Both the position numbers and the translations under genes were made by a program. A stretch of 64,000 nt of DNA, from assembly GCA_964016885.1 (NCBI GenBank), contig CAXHJY010001122.1:28961-92960 (forward strand), written 5' to 3'. The notes beneath the pieces are model-generated. The model saw only the letters and a list, made by a program, of their open reading frames with translations, was not told the origin of the DNA and did not search any database. How positions within the stretch are numbered: position 1 is the stretch's first letter; each line of letters starts with the position of its first letter. Below, one piece after another: positions 1 through 14,616 of this stretch. Source of the DNA: Eledone cirrhosa (lineage: Eukaryota).

Positions 1-808
1 TATTCTTCTTACTCAGAGATAAACGAAAATCTGAAGTTGAATCACTTTCACCATGATAGGAAGAGCAGTTGTTTTTATAACAGTATGGGATTAATGAATT
101 CAAATATAGCGATGTTATTAAGCCAATTGTGGTATTTTTACCCTTAAGCGACTGCTAAATTTATGTCCAGTGTTACTACGTTAGCATAGCAAATTGCATT
201 ACTTATGATTTAGAATAGTACTAGTTTAGTATTATGAGTGTGAATTGCAGCTGTTGAAAGATATAGTGAACAATTAAGTTGATATAATAGAATTAAACAG
301 CTTTAAATTCACTTATATCATATATATAAACGCAAGCCACTCTGAGATATCACCATACCAAGCAAGCTAGAGGTGTAAAATCTTAGACGGTTAACACAAG
401 ACCATACGTTAGTATGACCGTCTGTAGAAGCATAGCTTTAAAACACGCATGGATGGGTATATTCATATATACACATATGTACGCACGTATTTGTACATCC
501 TCCTATGCATATACACGTGAATATATGCAGATACATAAGGTAGCTGTACATGCACACATGGTAATACGAAGTATGCAATTCAGTTAGTTCCAGTCATAAG
601 ACACACACCCGTATTCACACGCCGTGGTACATTTTGATAGTTATGTATTTATGCATTTCAGTGTGAGGATGTCGAAATTAACCTGTCCTAATATCTAGGT
701 AATAACAACAGTTAAAGTTAGGGTATGCTAGATAATGTAAGATTATAGATGTACCTGGGCCTCGAATGCTCACTTTGGTAACAGCAGCAGTAATCCACTG
801 TATACAAT

Positions 809-810
<2 letters not shown>

Positions 811-864
<54 letters not shown>
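811..864. repeat. (AT)n microsatellite abutting the 3' tail of an RTE LINE
   Basis: Pure AT run followed by catcatcatcatcgttttacgtccgc, the reverse complement of the RTE tail. Confidence 0.95.
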
Positions 865-867
<3 letters not shown>

Positions 868-3800
868 TCATCATCATCGTTTTACGTCCGCTTTTCCCTG
901 CTTGCAAGGGTTGGACGGGTCCTATTCAGCACATCATCTCTCCACTTGTCACGGTCCTTCGACATCTCCTCGGTGAGTTTCAGCAATCTGTGGTCTGCTC
1001 TCAGCACCTCCGCCCATGTTTTTCGTGGTCTACCTCTACTGCGTCCTTCCTTCTACTGGGATTTCTTGGCACTTCTTTACCCAGCGGTCATCCTCCATGC
1101 GCATCGCGTGTCCATACCATCTCATCCTTCTCTCCTGCACTCCTGCACACCACAACTTATCCCTCTTATACCCAGTTTCTTTCGTAACTCGTCTATGCTT
1201 GGTCGTTCACGCACATTAACATTGCACATCCAACCGAGCATACTTGCTTCATTTCCCTTCAGCCGTCGCATATCTTCTGCAGTTGCTGCCCATATCTCAC
1301 TACCATGCAGCATCGTGCATCTCACATAACCATCGTTTCGTACGCAGGGAGAAACCTTCTTTGTCAACAGAGGAAGCAGCTCTCTAAACTTCTTCCAACG
1401 CGTCCTTATTCTAGATACTATGGCCTCGGAAGACTCCTCTCCCATGATAATCTGATCACCTAGGTACCGGAAGCTATCAACCACTTCTATAGAACCCACC
1501 TGCATTGGAAAAATATGTCTATCACTGCGATTACTACTGCCAACTTTCCTTGTACATCTACTGCATACGTAGTTTTGCCTACCTGTTAGTTTTCCTGCTA
1601 TCCCACTACATCTCTTATGTACCCAAGATCTGAATTGCGTACATTTTATGGAATTTATGCCAGTTCCTTTCCTACATATCGAACATGGCCATTTTCCTGA
1701 CTGAATTAGAGTTTTGTCCTCTTTTCTACTCATCAACACTTTTGTCTTAGATATGTTCTCTCAGTCCTCTTGATTCCAACTGCTGTTTCCATAGCCAGAA
1801 TTTATTCTCTAGCTCCTCTACTGATTCTGCTATAAGAACCAGATCGTCAGCATAGAGAAGTTCCCATGGACAGCCAGTCTTAAACTCCTCTGCTCTGCTA
1901 TGGCTTGGAGGACTGTAATGAACATGAGCGGGCTGGAGACCGACCCCTGATGTACTCCTACTTGTATCTGGAATTCCTCACTAAACTCTATTCCTACCCT
2001 CACTTTACTGACAGCACCTCTGTACAAAGCTTGCACTGTCCTCACAAGCCATTCCTCAACACCCAGCTTCCTTAGGGACCACCATATGACAGATCGGGGT
2101 ACCCTATCAAAGGCCTTCTCTTGGTCAACAAAAGCTAAGTATAGTGGCTTATTTTTCTCTAAGAACCTCTTGTAGTTGCCTCACTAAGAAGAGGGCATAT
2201 ATTCTACTTTTGCCAGGCACAAAACCAAACTGCATCTCATCTAGTTTGACTCTTTCTCTAATTAGTTGCGCTAATATCCTTTCTGCCACTCTCATGACCT
2301 GATCCATCAGTTTTATGCCCCTATTATTGCTCCTCTCCAGAGCATCCACTTTACCTTTGTAGCAATTTTTGAGAATACTGCTGCACCAGTCTTTGGGTTT
2401 GACACCGCCGTATATAGCCTGATTGATGATGCGTGCAACCAGTTTAGTGTCTACGTCCCCTGACGCCTTCAGCATCTCAGCAACTATCCCCGACGGTCCA
2501 GCGGCCTTACCATTTTTCATTTCCTTAATCGCCTCTTGGACCCTATATTCGTCAATCTCAATAGCTGGTCCCTCTGTCGGATCTACTGGAGGTCATTTCT
2601 CTCTCTCCCATTCATTCGTTCTCCACATTCATCAGTGTCTCATAATGACATTTCCAGGCCTCCTTTTTCTGATCTTTCGTGACACTAAGTACACCGGCAT
2701 CATTCCGGATACATTTATCTCCAACAACATCCTGATTTGCACTGACACACTGCCTTACAATGCGGAACACCGCACGTCTCTGATCTCCCCGTCGCAGAAC
2801 ATTGGCAAACCTCGTACTCTCAGACTCCCTGCGTGCTAACTACACCTGACGTCTAGCTTCTCTCTTAGCGGCTGTATATCCTTCTCTACTCCCACCATTT
2901 TTCAGAGCATTCTATGCTAGTCTTTTGTCTATAATGGCCCTATCTACCATGCTGTTCCACCACCAGGTCACTCTGTCTGGTTGGAGCTCTGCTCTAGCCA
3001 CAAGTTTCGTCAGTAGCCTGCAGTAAGTTGCCACGTAAGAAATTCCAGCTATCATCTATGTCATACAATTCTAAATCGTCTTCTTTTTCGTCATACACAT
3101 CTTGAAGGGCTTTCCTAAATTTGTATTTTAGTTTTAGTAAAAGGTCTTTTAACTTCTAGACCTTTCTTCTCTATACCTTCCTGTATGTCTCATTCCGTCT
3201 CTTGCTTACTGCGATATCACTAACGACTTACCTATACTATGGGGCACATTCTTCCCCGGGGTATGCCTTGGTATTTGACACCATCTGTCCCACTGCCTAA
3301 CTAGCAAGAAGTCAATCTGGCTTATGTGCTCGCCTGATTTGTAGGTTATTAGGTGGTTGGCAGGTTTCTGGATGTTAGTGTTGCAAATGGTTAGTGCACT
3401 TGCATCACCAAATTCAAGAAGTCTCACTCCTTCTTCATTTTTTGAGCTGTAACCATCCCCACCATGCACCCCATTGTAACCATCTCGGAGATGTCCAACA
3501 TGCCCATTGACGTTACCTACTAGCATAACGATGTCTCCGTCCTCTGACATTGCGGCTGTTTGTAAAAGTTGCTCGTAAAAGCAGTCTTTCTCTTCTTTAC
3601 CTAGTCCTGCCTGAGGAGCATAGGCAGAGATTATTGTCCGTAGTCTCTTGCCTACAACTAATCTAAGCTTAATTATTCTATTACTAACTCTAACTACCTC
3701 TATTGTCTTATTGATCCATCTCTCAGCCAGGAAAATGCCCACTCCCTCTAACCCATCATCATTATCCACCCAGACAAGCTTATAAGTAAAATGTTTTCCT

Positions 3801-4230
3801 GCGATTAGTCTCGCAGAGGGACCTCTCCACCTCACCTCTTGCACGCAGCACACATCCACATGCCTTCTCTCCAACATCTCCACTATTTCACCAGATCTAC
3901 TTGTGAGAATGCCAACATTAAGTGTTGCAACTTTGAGATGAGACGTCTTCATATTCTTGTTCCTTTTCCTGTTCCTGTAGTGAGATTGCTTGATGACGGT
4001 CGGGGGTTCTCGCACATGGCTTCACCAGCCACCCCACTACTGTACGCAGCTCTAACATGGTTAGTGTTATTGCTGTTTACGCAGTTATTGTTGTTGTGCG
4101 ATTGCTTGATGACGGTCGGGGGATTCTCGCACATGGCCGCACCAGCCAGACCCACTACCGTGCGCAGCCCTAACATGGTTAGTGTTATTGCTGTTGACGC
4201 AGTTGTTGCAATTCTTATTTGTTGTGCTCA
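865..4230 (-). mobile_element. RTE-clade LINE, near full length, decayed (APE endonuclease + RT + PHD-like finger)
   Basis: Minus ORFs: 3206-4015 (VATLNVG, CVQEVRW, SAYAPQ, SQIDF = APE); 2149-2520 (MKNGKAAGPSGI, QFGFVPG); 1830-2045 (VGVHQGSVSSP); 1122-1739 (C4HC3 finger, FRYLGD, MLHGSE). The 3' end is gcggacgtaaaacg(atg)n. A ~110 bp unit is tandemly duplicated at 3983-4208. Many frameshifts. Confidence 0.92.
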
Positions 4231-4249
4231 TAATTTTGGCATTTATTAT

Positions 4250-4460
4250 ACTGGTTGGATGCCCTTCCTAACACCAGCACCACTTTACAGTATGGACTAT
4301 GTGTTTTTATTCGTGCCACCAGCACTAGATAGGGTGTCTTACTGGACTCAGGGGCCCTCTCTACCCCTCCATTTTACAGCATGGACTAGATCCTTTTATT
4401 CGTGCCACCAGCACTAGGGAAGTTGTCTTACTAGACTTAGGGGACTTCTCTACCCGGCAC
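4250..4460 (-). mobile_element. Fragment resembling an RTE-type 3' UTR, with a short internal duplication
   Basis: ggatgcccttcctaacacc matches the reverse complement of ggtgttagaaagggcatcc in the RTE 3' UTR at ~49502. ttttattcgtgccaccagcactag occurs twice. Confidence 0.5.
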
Positions 4461-4696
4461 CAATTTTTTCGGAGTGGTAGTTCTCCTAGACGAGTTCCCT
4501 ACATTACGGCTTACGGAGCCTCCGTCCGCCCCTTGTCTATTCTATGATATATTCACGAGGGAGTGGTTATCATACAGCGTCAGGCATCTATATCGAATGT
4601 GGTGTACATGGGGCGAGTGGGTGGGAAGTGAGAACCGTAATGGCTGATACGTAGAATTTTTAACACAGTTTACAAGTCACATACACACATATATAT

Positions 4697-5757
4697 ACCA
4701 GATAGAAAAATGCGTACAGCAAAAAAAAGTAATATTGTTGGAATATAAACCTTTAAAAATACAGGACAAGAAACTAAAATAAAACTTTAAAAGAATAGGA
4801 CAAGAAACTAAGATAAAACTTTAAAGAATTGGACAAGAAATAAAAAATTTTACAATAATATTAGTGGCAAAATTTTTATTGGTAAAAAATCGAGTTCCAC
4901 ATTCATAGGCTCTGGGTTCCACATTCAGAGGTCGTCGTAATACCGGGGGGATCATTTGATCCTGGTTTGAACACCAATTGGGCCATAACCATACCCCTAT
5001 TTCATCATTCGGCGACACGCCTCATGTGTCATGCATAATGTGAATGGACCCATGGGCCCATGAGCACAGATCTTGAGCAGCAGCGGACGGTCTTGTCGTC
5101 CTGCTCATCCTTGATCTTGACCAACCCGTCATCTTCTCCTTGCATCTTGTCCTTGAGTTCAAGTCCGGCAGTCCAGATGAATGCGTGCCACAGCTTTCTG
5201 CTACAGGAAGGGGGAGCAGGAGGACTGGAGGGATTACGGGACAGAGGGAGGGAGGGCCGGTGTTTGAGGGAGGTGCCGTAGTCGGTGGTCAGAGTCGACA
5301 TCTTGTCCCGGTCGTCTTCTCCATCTTCGTCTGGTGCTGCGGGACCAGAAGTGCAGTCTTGGAGGAGACCTGCAGCTGCATCGGCCAATTCTTCTTGCAA
5401 TGGTCATTCTGACGGAGCAGAACTGCTCAGCCAACCAACCCCAACCAGAACCAACCGCTCAGGGGCAACGCACAATGAGAGCATAACAATTATTATGCAC
5501 TAAACAAGAAGATACTGGGGCATAGCACAGGAAACGAATAAAAAAATGTTGCCACTAATATTATTGTAAAATTTTTTATTTCTTGTCCAATTCTTTAAAG
5601 TTTTATCTTAGTTTCTTGTCCTATTCTTTTAAAGTTTTATCTTAGTTTCTTGTCCTATTCTTTTAAAGTTTTATTTTAGTTTCTTGTCATGTATTTTTAA
5701 AGGTTTATATTCCAACAATATTACTTTTTTTTTGCTGTACGCATTTTTCTATCTGGT
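4697..5757. mobile_element. Non-autonomous long-TIR (foldback/MITE-like) element with a GC-rich interior
   Basis: 4697-4880 is the reverse complement of 5537-5757. The arms contain a ~34 bp tandem unit (ggacaagaaactaa...), 3 copies left and 4 right. No clean TSD. Confidence 0.75.
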
Positions 5758-6328
5758 CTACTATTTTTTAAGGCAATGCATGCAACAACTATCTAATAAT
5801 TAAATGATCATAGTGAATTACTGACAAGTGATTGACATTTTAAAGTTCTTTTGAGTATAATTGCATTCTATTTGAGGCAACTGGCTTAATGACAAAGCTA
5901 CGTCATTTCTGGATTACCTCCCCTAGCGTCACGCTTACTACTCACTCACTTGAACACAAGATTTATCAGCAAACTTTGATTATAAACTTTTTCCCGCTGG
6001 ACCAAATTTCTAGATTTTTAAGCCAAAAGATGCGTTATGATCTACTGTTCATGCTCATATAAGTTTTATCTCAGTTAAATAAAGTAGAGCCGCGCTGTAC
6101 TGTCGTAAACAGACGATTGCCAACGAAAACACGACCACAACAATATTACTAAACGGACTAAACGGACTAACGTCCGTTTAGGATATATAGTCAGCATTGC
6201 CACACATTTCTCTAGCATTCTTAACATTTTTTTTATTAAATCATGATTTTGTGAAACAGTTGAAGTTGTAGAATTTTGTAAATATACTTTCTTAAAGACT
6301 CCAACTGAATTTTCAACTTCTTTTTCCA

Positions 6329-6527
<199 letters not shown>

Positions 6528-6672
6528 GGAAAAGGTTCAGGTCCCCGACGGCAGAGCTCAAGCTTTTCTATTAGCCACTCTACTACCCAAAGTATCGAGT
6601 ACTCTGGTGCGTTATGGTCCACCTGATTCCTTACCACACTTCCTTCGTTATATATATGTATGGGTATGTGTG

Positions 6673-8340
<1,668 letters not shown>

Positions 8341-9890
8341 GAATATAAATCCTACAATGGGAAAATTAACCATCTCCTATATATAGATGATCTAAAGTTG
8401 TATGCTACAAATTAAAAACAACTCCAAACAGTGCTTCAAACTGTACACGGATTCACAAACGAAATAGGTATAAAATTTGGATTAGAAAAATGTGCCAAGG
8501 CACTACTGAAGAGGAACTAGTGAAAGCAATAATATCATGTTAGAGAAAAGAAACAGAAATAAGATAACTGGATCAAACTCAGACATACAAATACTTAGGA
8601 ATCAAAGAACTAGATAAGATCCAACACACACAGATGAAAGATTAGAAAAGAGTACTACAGAAGAATTGGGTTAATACTCAAACCTAAATGCAAAGAATAA
8701 GATGATTGGCATCAACACTTTAGTAATCCCAGTAATGAGCTACAGCTTTAACATTCTGAACTGGACACTAAAAGGACTAGCTGGAATAGATAGAAAAACA
8801 AGAAAAATAATGACTGAATTTACAATACACCATCAGAAATCAGACGTAGAAAGATTATACCTACCAAGAACACAAGGGGCCTTATGATACTAGAAATCTC
8901 TTATAAAATAACTACTGTGTGACTACAAAAATACCTAATGAAAAACAAAGGAAAGCTAATACAAATAGCCACGAAATATGAACAAAGCAACAAAGTGTTC
9001 TCGGTCTTCAAGGAAGCCAAAAAGTTCAAATCAGAAACTGGACTAACAGATAATTGTGAGGAAAATGAAAACAAAGAAAACACAACAATAAAACATAAAA
9101 TATAAATTGACAACTGACATCCAGAGTGCCATGTTAAGTCCTTGGCAAGAGATATCCTTACACGGCCACTACCTCAAAAAGCTAAGTAAAAAGGAAGAAG
9201 ACAAAGAAAACACACAAAACTAACCTGAATTACTGGACTAAAAGCTGAGACGGAAGGATATCTAATTCCAGCGCAGAACCAGAGTCTACCTACCAGAAAA
9301 TACCAGAAGTACATAATGAAACAAAGCACAATAAGTAACTGTAGAATATGTGGAGATAGCGAAGATACAATCAACCACATAGTCTCAGGATGCCCAGCTC
9401 TATTTTTTAAAAAAGAATATATCCACAGGCATGATGGGAGCTTCATACATTGGCTGTTAGAGATCAAGGCCAACCGACCATTTATTATAGTCAAAGACCA
9501 CAAAGAAAAATGTCCTCTAATAGATGTATCAATCCCCACAGACACAATATATCTTCCACGGAAATAGAGAAATAGTCCAAATATAAAGTTCTAGAGATAG
9601 AAATAACTCGAATGTAGAAAATGAAAACAGAAACAATACCTATAATGATAGGTGCTCTAGGAATGATTGAAAAACACACAGACAAATACATAGCAAAAAC
9701 CCCAGAACTTACAAATATATACATTATACAAAAGGTAGCACTACCAGGCACTGCACGCATATTACGAAAAGTACTATCAATACAATAGAAACAACACCAG
9801 CAAAAACTACACTGCTCATACCCAAGGCACACAGAGCTGTACTCGATAAAGCAGTAATGATGCGCTGTAAATAATGATAAAATAATAATA
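8341..9890 (+). mobile_element. R4/Dong-clade (RLE endonuclease) LINE, 5'-truncated and decayed
   Basis: Plus frames give INHLLYIDDLKLYA, IGIKFGLEKC, YKYLGI, IDRKTRK, DVERLYLPR, GLKAETEG, CRICGDSEDTINHIVSGC (CCHC), RHD and ANRP..IDVSIP (RLE core). Ends in (AAT)n. Confidence 0.85.
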
Positions 9891-10075
9891 ATTGTTTCTA
9901 CTTTTTGCACAAGGCCAGCAATCATCTCAGTGCATTACTGGTACTTTATTTTATCGACCCCGTAAGGATGAAAGGCAAAGTTAACCTCGGCGGGATTTGA
10001 ACTCAGATCGTAAAGGACCGTAACTCCATGCTGCAAACCATGGCGTCCGACCCTCTAACGATACTGCCAATCCAC
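9881..10075 (-). mobile_element. tRNA-derived SINE with (ATT)n tail
   Basis: Pol III B-box GTTCAAATCC (reverse complement of 9993-10002). The core ggtactttattttatcgaccccgtaaggatgaaagg recurs at 10082, 20625, 23258 and 26912. Confidence 0.85.
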
Positions 10076-10077
10076 AT

Positions 10078-10236
10078 TAGTGGTACTTTATTTTATCGAC
10101 CCCATAAGGATGAAAGGTAAAGTTAACCTCGACAGGATTTGAACTCAGACCGTAAAGGGACGTAACTATGCTAGAAAGCATGGCGTCCCACCCTCGGCGG
10201 CATTAATTTTTGTCTTTCATCCTTACGGGATCGATA
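10078..10236 (-). mobile_element. Second partial SINE plus a short inverted SINE fragment (10191-10236)
   Basis: Repeat of the 9940-10055 core, followed by ctttcatccttacgggatcgata in the opposite orientation. Confidence 0.75.
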
Positions 10237-13200
10237 TCTTTTCTTTATTAACCACGAGGATTGACATAAAGTATAACACTAAGGACAGCACAGGACGGTA
10301 CAGGACAGTACAAATGGGCATTTCTGCGTGTAAAGAAAAAAAACAAAGGAAATGACAAAAAAGAAACAAAGGAAAATTCTCCAATGGGAGGGAGACTTCC
10401 GAGGGACACTCCTAGAGAAAACCCACAAAAAAGCCACAGTTACCCTGACCGCTAGGGAAAGCGCCCTCTTCCAGTTTTCCTCCTACGATGCTACAGACAC
10501 ACGCTCAAGGTAGGCCCATTCACACGGGCTATTCTTGCCTCTATACCCACCTTTAAACAAACTGGCTGGAAGTCAGCACTTCCCTCTCCACACAGATTTT
10601 CCTTTTCAGGTGAAACCTGAAAAAGTTAATGAGGGCGTCACCGAAGAGGAAAGTACCCGTCTTCAACCTTTTCAGACGCGTCCACCATGCGATCTGTTTT
10701 ACCATGGTCACTAGGCAGATAATAATTACCTGCCCTTCCCGGCTAAAGGAAGGCGGCGGGGCAACCCTCATGATGGACTCAGCTGATAGCCACATTCGTC
10801 CTACATTCGACAGCAGGTGTTCGACATAAACCCACAAGTCAGCAATGCGACACTGGACGAGTGCGTACAGGACGGGTTCGTCGCACTGCACGCATCTCGG
10901 ACAGGCCCGGCTGACGGCACTTCCATGACTGTAGAGTTTATCCCGAACTGGCAAAGCTCCTCAATAGCACTGCCAGGACAGGGATTTCTGGAAGTTGTCT
11001 ATGAGCCCCGGCTCGAAAGTTTTCCCAAAGAGATTGACTAGTTGATTTTCGTCGACGCCCAGAGTCTCCCAAAGGACGTCGTCGCTCTTTCCCTCCACTA
11101 ATCCTCTATAGAACGCCAAGGTGGAGTTTCCATCGATCGCATTGCCCGACTGGTCGAGGGCTGTAAGCGGCTGAAGACATTCCAGTCTCCAAGCGCTCCC
11201 TCTCTGTATTCGCTTGATCCAGGACTGCAGCTCCGTCAAGGAGACGAGCTGGGGAAACACGTGTCTAGCAAACGGTGACCACACCTGATCACCGTCAAGG
11301 AAGAGGTGGCGATCCCGTAGATTGAGCGCATGTTTGCACATCACAGCCACGGCAAGCCCAGCCCTCCGCGTGGCGGGTGGTGACAGTAGATGGACCGCCT
11401 GACCATCGGAGCACGTCCATTCCACAAAAAGCGAAATAGTAAACGCTCCAGCGCAGTCAGGCAAGTCTTAGGACAAGGCACGACGGTCGGGCGGTAGTAG
11501 ATGACGGGCGTGATGTACGCGTTCGCCACCTCCGCTCAACCATTTAGGGATAGTTTCCTTTCAGCCCATTTCTGGGTGAGAGAGATCAACCTGCTCGTTA
11601 CCTCGTGCCAGCTTTTGTCCGTCTAGAGGTCCGGACCGAACTAGACCCCGGGCCGTCCGTCCAGTACCCGACGATACTGTCTGACAGCATGAACCTGCCT
11701 CTCCATGTACCGAGGTGCAGGCCCACCGACTTTAACCTGGTTGATCATTGCTCCTGTCACCGCCTCGTATTCTCTTAGTGTAGTTCCGATCGCCTTGATG
11801 TGTTTGGCGTTCCTCACCACTACGGTGACGTCGTCGGCATATGCTGACACGGTTCTTCCGCATCCTAATTCGCGCTGGATACCATTCAACTTCTCCAGTT
11901 TGTGCAGTAATGGCTCGAGAGTCAATACGTACAACAGGGACGAGAGGGGACATCCTTGGCGGACGAAGTGCATGATGTTGAACGATTTCGAAAGGTGACC
12001 ATTCACTCTCACGTCCAGCAGCACCGACTTACCTTCTGGGTCCAGGAAGACGGCCCGTATGGCGAGATCCAAGCCTCTCCGAAAAAACACAGCAACTCCT
12101 TCTCCCGATCTCGGACGGCTGGAAGATGCGTAGCCGCCGAAGATCGGAGCGAAGGTTCCTGCTCCGGAGATTCTGGTCTCGCTGATGGCCACTACACCTA
12201 TGTTTAGTGAACTGAGGTCGTTGAGCAGGTGACCCTGCTTCCAAGATGATCCCAGGCCACGTACATTTATACTGCCTATTCTAAGTACGGCCATGCTGGG
12301 TGAGGAAGTGGTAAGTGGAAAATGATCACTTACCTTGATCGTGTGGGGAAGGGGCAGTAGAACCTCCCTTCGGCTGGTTATGCATGTCTCCAAGGTAATA
12401 TTTGTATAGATTCTCCTGGAGAGTGACCCTCTGAAATCCCCAACTGCGTTGGGGAATTTTTGCTTTAGCTGTTTATAATCTTCCAGTTTAATTTCAACAA
12501 TTGTAATGTTTTGGGGTAATGTTCTTGGTGTCAGTGGGGTGTGGTAATTTATGTCTGTAATATCTGTGTGGTGTTTTATATGTTCCATTAATCCTTTGTG
12601 AGTGATGTTTATGGCTGTGTACTTTGTTGTGTGTGGGGGGGGGGCTGTTTTCTTGTTGTTGCTTTTGGGTGTGTGTGCTTTGTTGTGTTTGCGATGTTGG
12701 TGTTTGTGGTGATACTGGTGGTGGTGTGGTTGTTGTTGGTGGCGATGCTTGTGGTGGTGATGTTGGTGGCGTTGCTGCAAGTCGCCTGGCAGCCTTTACT
12801 CTTCTTTGTTTGCCCTCGCTTTTGGAGGGCGAAGCTAAGGGGTTCTTTCTTTTTTGTTGTTTTTTTGTGGCAGACCTTTTGTCACTTCGCCCCCGCCTCA
12901 ATCTCCATGTCGAGTTCCATGGCGTCTGGGAGGGCTATGTGCTCCACGGCTGTTGGTGGCGGTTGTATAACCCTCTCCGGCGATTTTGTTGCTGGTGCAG
13001 CTACTGCAAATGTAGCTACTGGCGTTGCCGCCACTGCTGCCGTGGTTTTAGTTGTCCGTGGCCTTGGTATAGGTGCCATGGACGTTTCCCTTCTACTCAC
13101 TGTGGGAGGGTCTGCTGCCTCTGTTGCCTGCCCTGTTCTTGGTAGCGGCGGACCAGACGTTGGAAGGAGGGGGGGGGGCCTCTTCTTGGCCGTCTTCTGC

Positions 13201-14578
13201 GGGCAAAAGGCCCTGACGTGACCTTTTTTCCCACAGAGATAATACTTTGGGCGCCTTCCTTCCACGCCTATAGGGAGTTGGAGTCCTTCCTCGAGATCTA
13301 TGATATCGGGGATAGCCTCGATACACTGCTGGTCAGTTTGTATTAGCATTTGCATGCCTATACCTGACCAGTTCTCTCTCCCCATTCTCTGTACTTACAG
13401 CATGGTCGTCCTGTCCTCGATTCCAGCAAGGACAGACGCCGCCAACCAAGGTATGGGCATATCAGCGGGACCTGAGTAACTTTGACCCTCACAATTTTCT
13501 GCCCGCAGTAGGAGGGAACAAGAACTATCTTCTCACTCTTTAGGGTTTCCAAAGAGTGAGATTTCGCCTCTTATGGGGTAGCGAAAAGTACGTCCACTGT
13601 GGTATACTTTCTGCCTCGGGTGATGTGGGTTTTGCGCGCCCAGACGCACCGCAAGGCCTTTTCGATTTGAGCCTCCGTGGCTCTCTCCAACCGATGTGAC
13701 ATTTTGCTTATAGTGCGGTAAGTCACCGTCCGTAGCTGCTGGTCCTTGAAAAAATCGGATAGAGGTTTCAGGGAGACTCAATTGTCATTTCGCATTACCA
13801 TGGCCCTTGCGACTGCCATCTCCTCCTCCGTGACTAGCACAGTTTCTATATTTCGGGCCAAACCTGCGAAAGAAGTGGCCCCTTTTTCAGCGGTACCATT
13901 ATTGCTGTTGCTACTGCTGCTACTGGTCTTGTTGTTGGTGCTGGGATCGTTGTCACTGGTATGGATGTCATTGTTGTTGTTGTTGTCGTTGATATTGTTG
14001 GTGCTGCTATTGTTGTTATTGTTGCTGTTGTCGTTGTCACTGTTGTTGATATTGTTGTCTTTGTTGTCGTTCTTTCTGTTGTTGGTGGTGTTGTCATTAT
14101 TGCAGTTGTTTGTTTGCTGTCGTTGTTGCTGGTGCTGTTGTCGTTCTTGTTCACGGCTGTTTTGTTACTGTTTTTGGCAATGTCGCTGTTGCTGTTGTTG
14201 TCATTTTTGTTTATATTAGTGTTCTCACTCTTGTTGGTGCTGGTGTTGGCGATATTGCCTGATGTGTTGTTACATTTTTAAATTGTTGCGGGAGGGGCAA
14301 CGTTATTAGCCTCAACGTTTGACTCGCTGTCACAAGACGGCAAGCTCGAAGCTGGGGGCCGTGGTTCCGCCATGTTTTTTTTTCGTTAAAAACTTTTTTA
14401 AACACACACAGGTTAAATATTTAGGCTAAATACCCAAATATTATGGGGAGTCCTTTCTTGGGGGCAAAGACTAAAGTCTTATTCCCCGTTTGAAACAAAA
14501 ATATTAATAACAAACGTATTTCAAACCGTAGAAAAAACAAACTTACGATAGTACGTCCGTCCATTCGATTCAACGACC
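10237..14578 (-). mobile_element. Tx1/L1-clade LINE, lineage A, copy A1: both ends present, large ORF2 deletion
   Basis: ORF1 starts MAEPRP at 14373 with an Asn/Thr-rich tract and the knuckle YYLCGKKGHVRAFC. ORF2 starts MAVLRIGSINVRGL at 12294 and jumps from endonuclease (KSVLLDVR) to RT (VNGH..QGCPLS..AYADD) at ~12010. C-terminal CPRC..ALVQC. The 3' end is ttaataaagaaa. The 5' end abuts (ATT)n. Confidence 0.9.
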
Positions 14579-14614
14579 AATAACAATAATAATAATAACA
14601 ATAATAATAATAAT
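14579..14614. repeat. (AAT)n spacer between head-to-tail copies A2 and A1
   Basis: aataacaataataataataacaataataataataat. Confidence 0.9.
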
Positions 14615-14616
14615 GC

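Noticed and set aside
9990-10075. tRNA gene
   Set aside because: A B-box is present but I see no cloverleaf; it is the head of a repeated SINE.
11641-12780. 379-aa His/Gln-rich ORF fused to RT motifs as a novel protein
   Set aside because: It is a chance in-frame run of decayed ORF1 tail into deleted ORF2; sister copies have a stop between the ORFs.
12598-14281. Hydrophobic Leu/Val-rich plus-strand ORFs resembling membrane proteins (also 21218-22887 and 38133-38595)
   Set aside because: They are antisense reads of AAC-rich ORF1 tracts.
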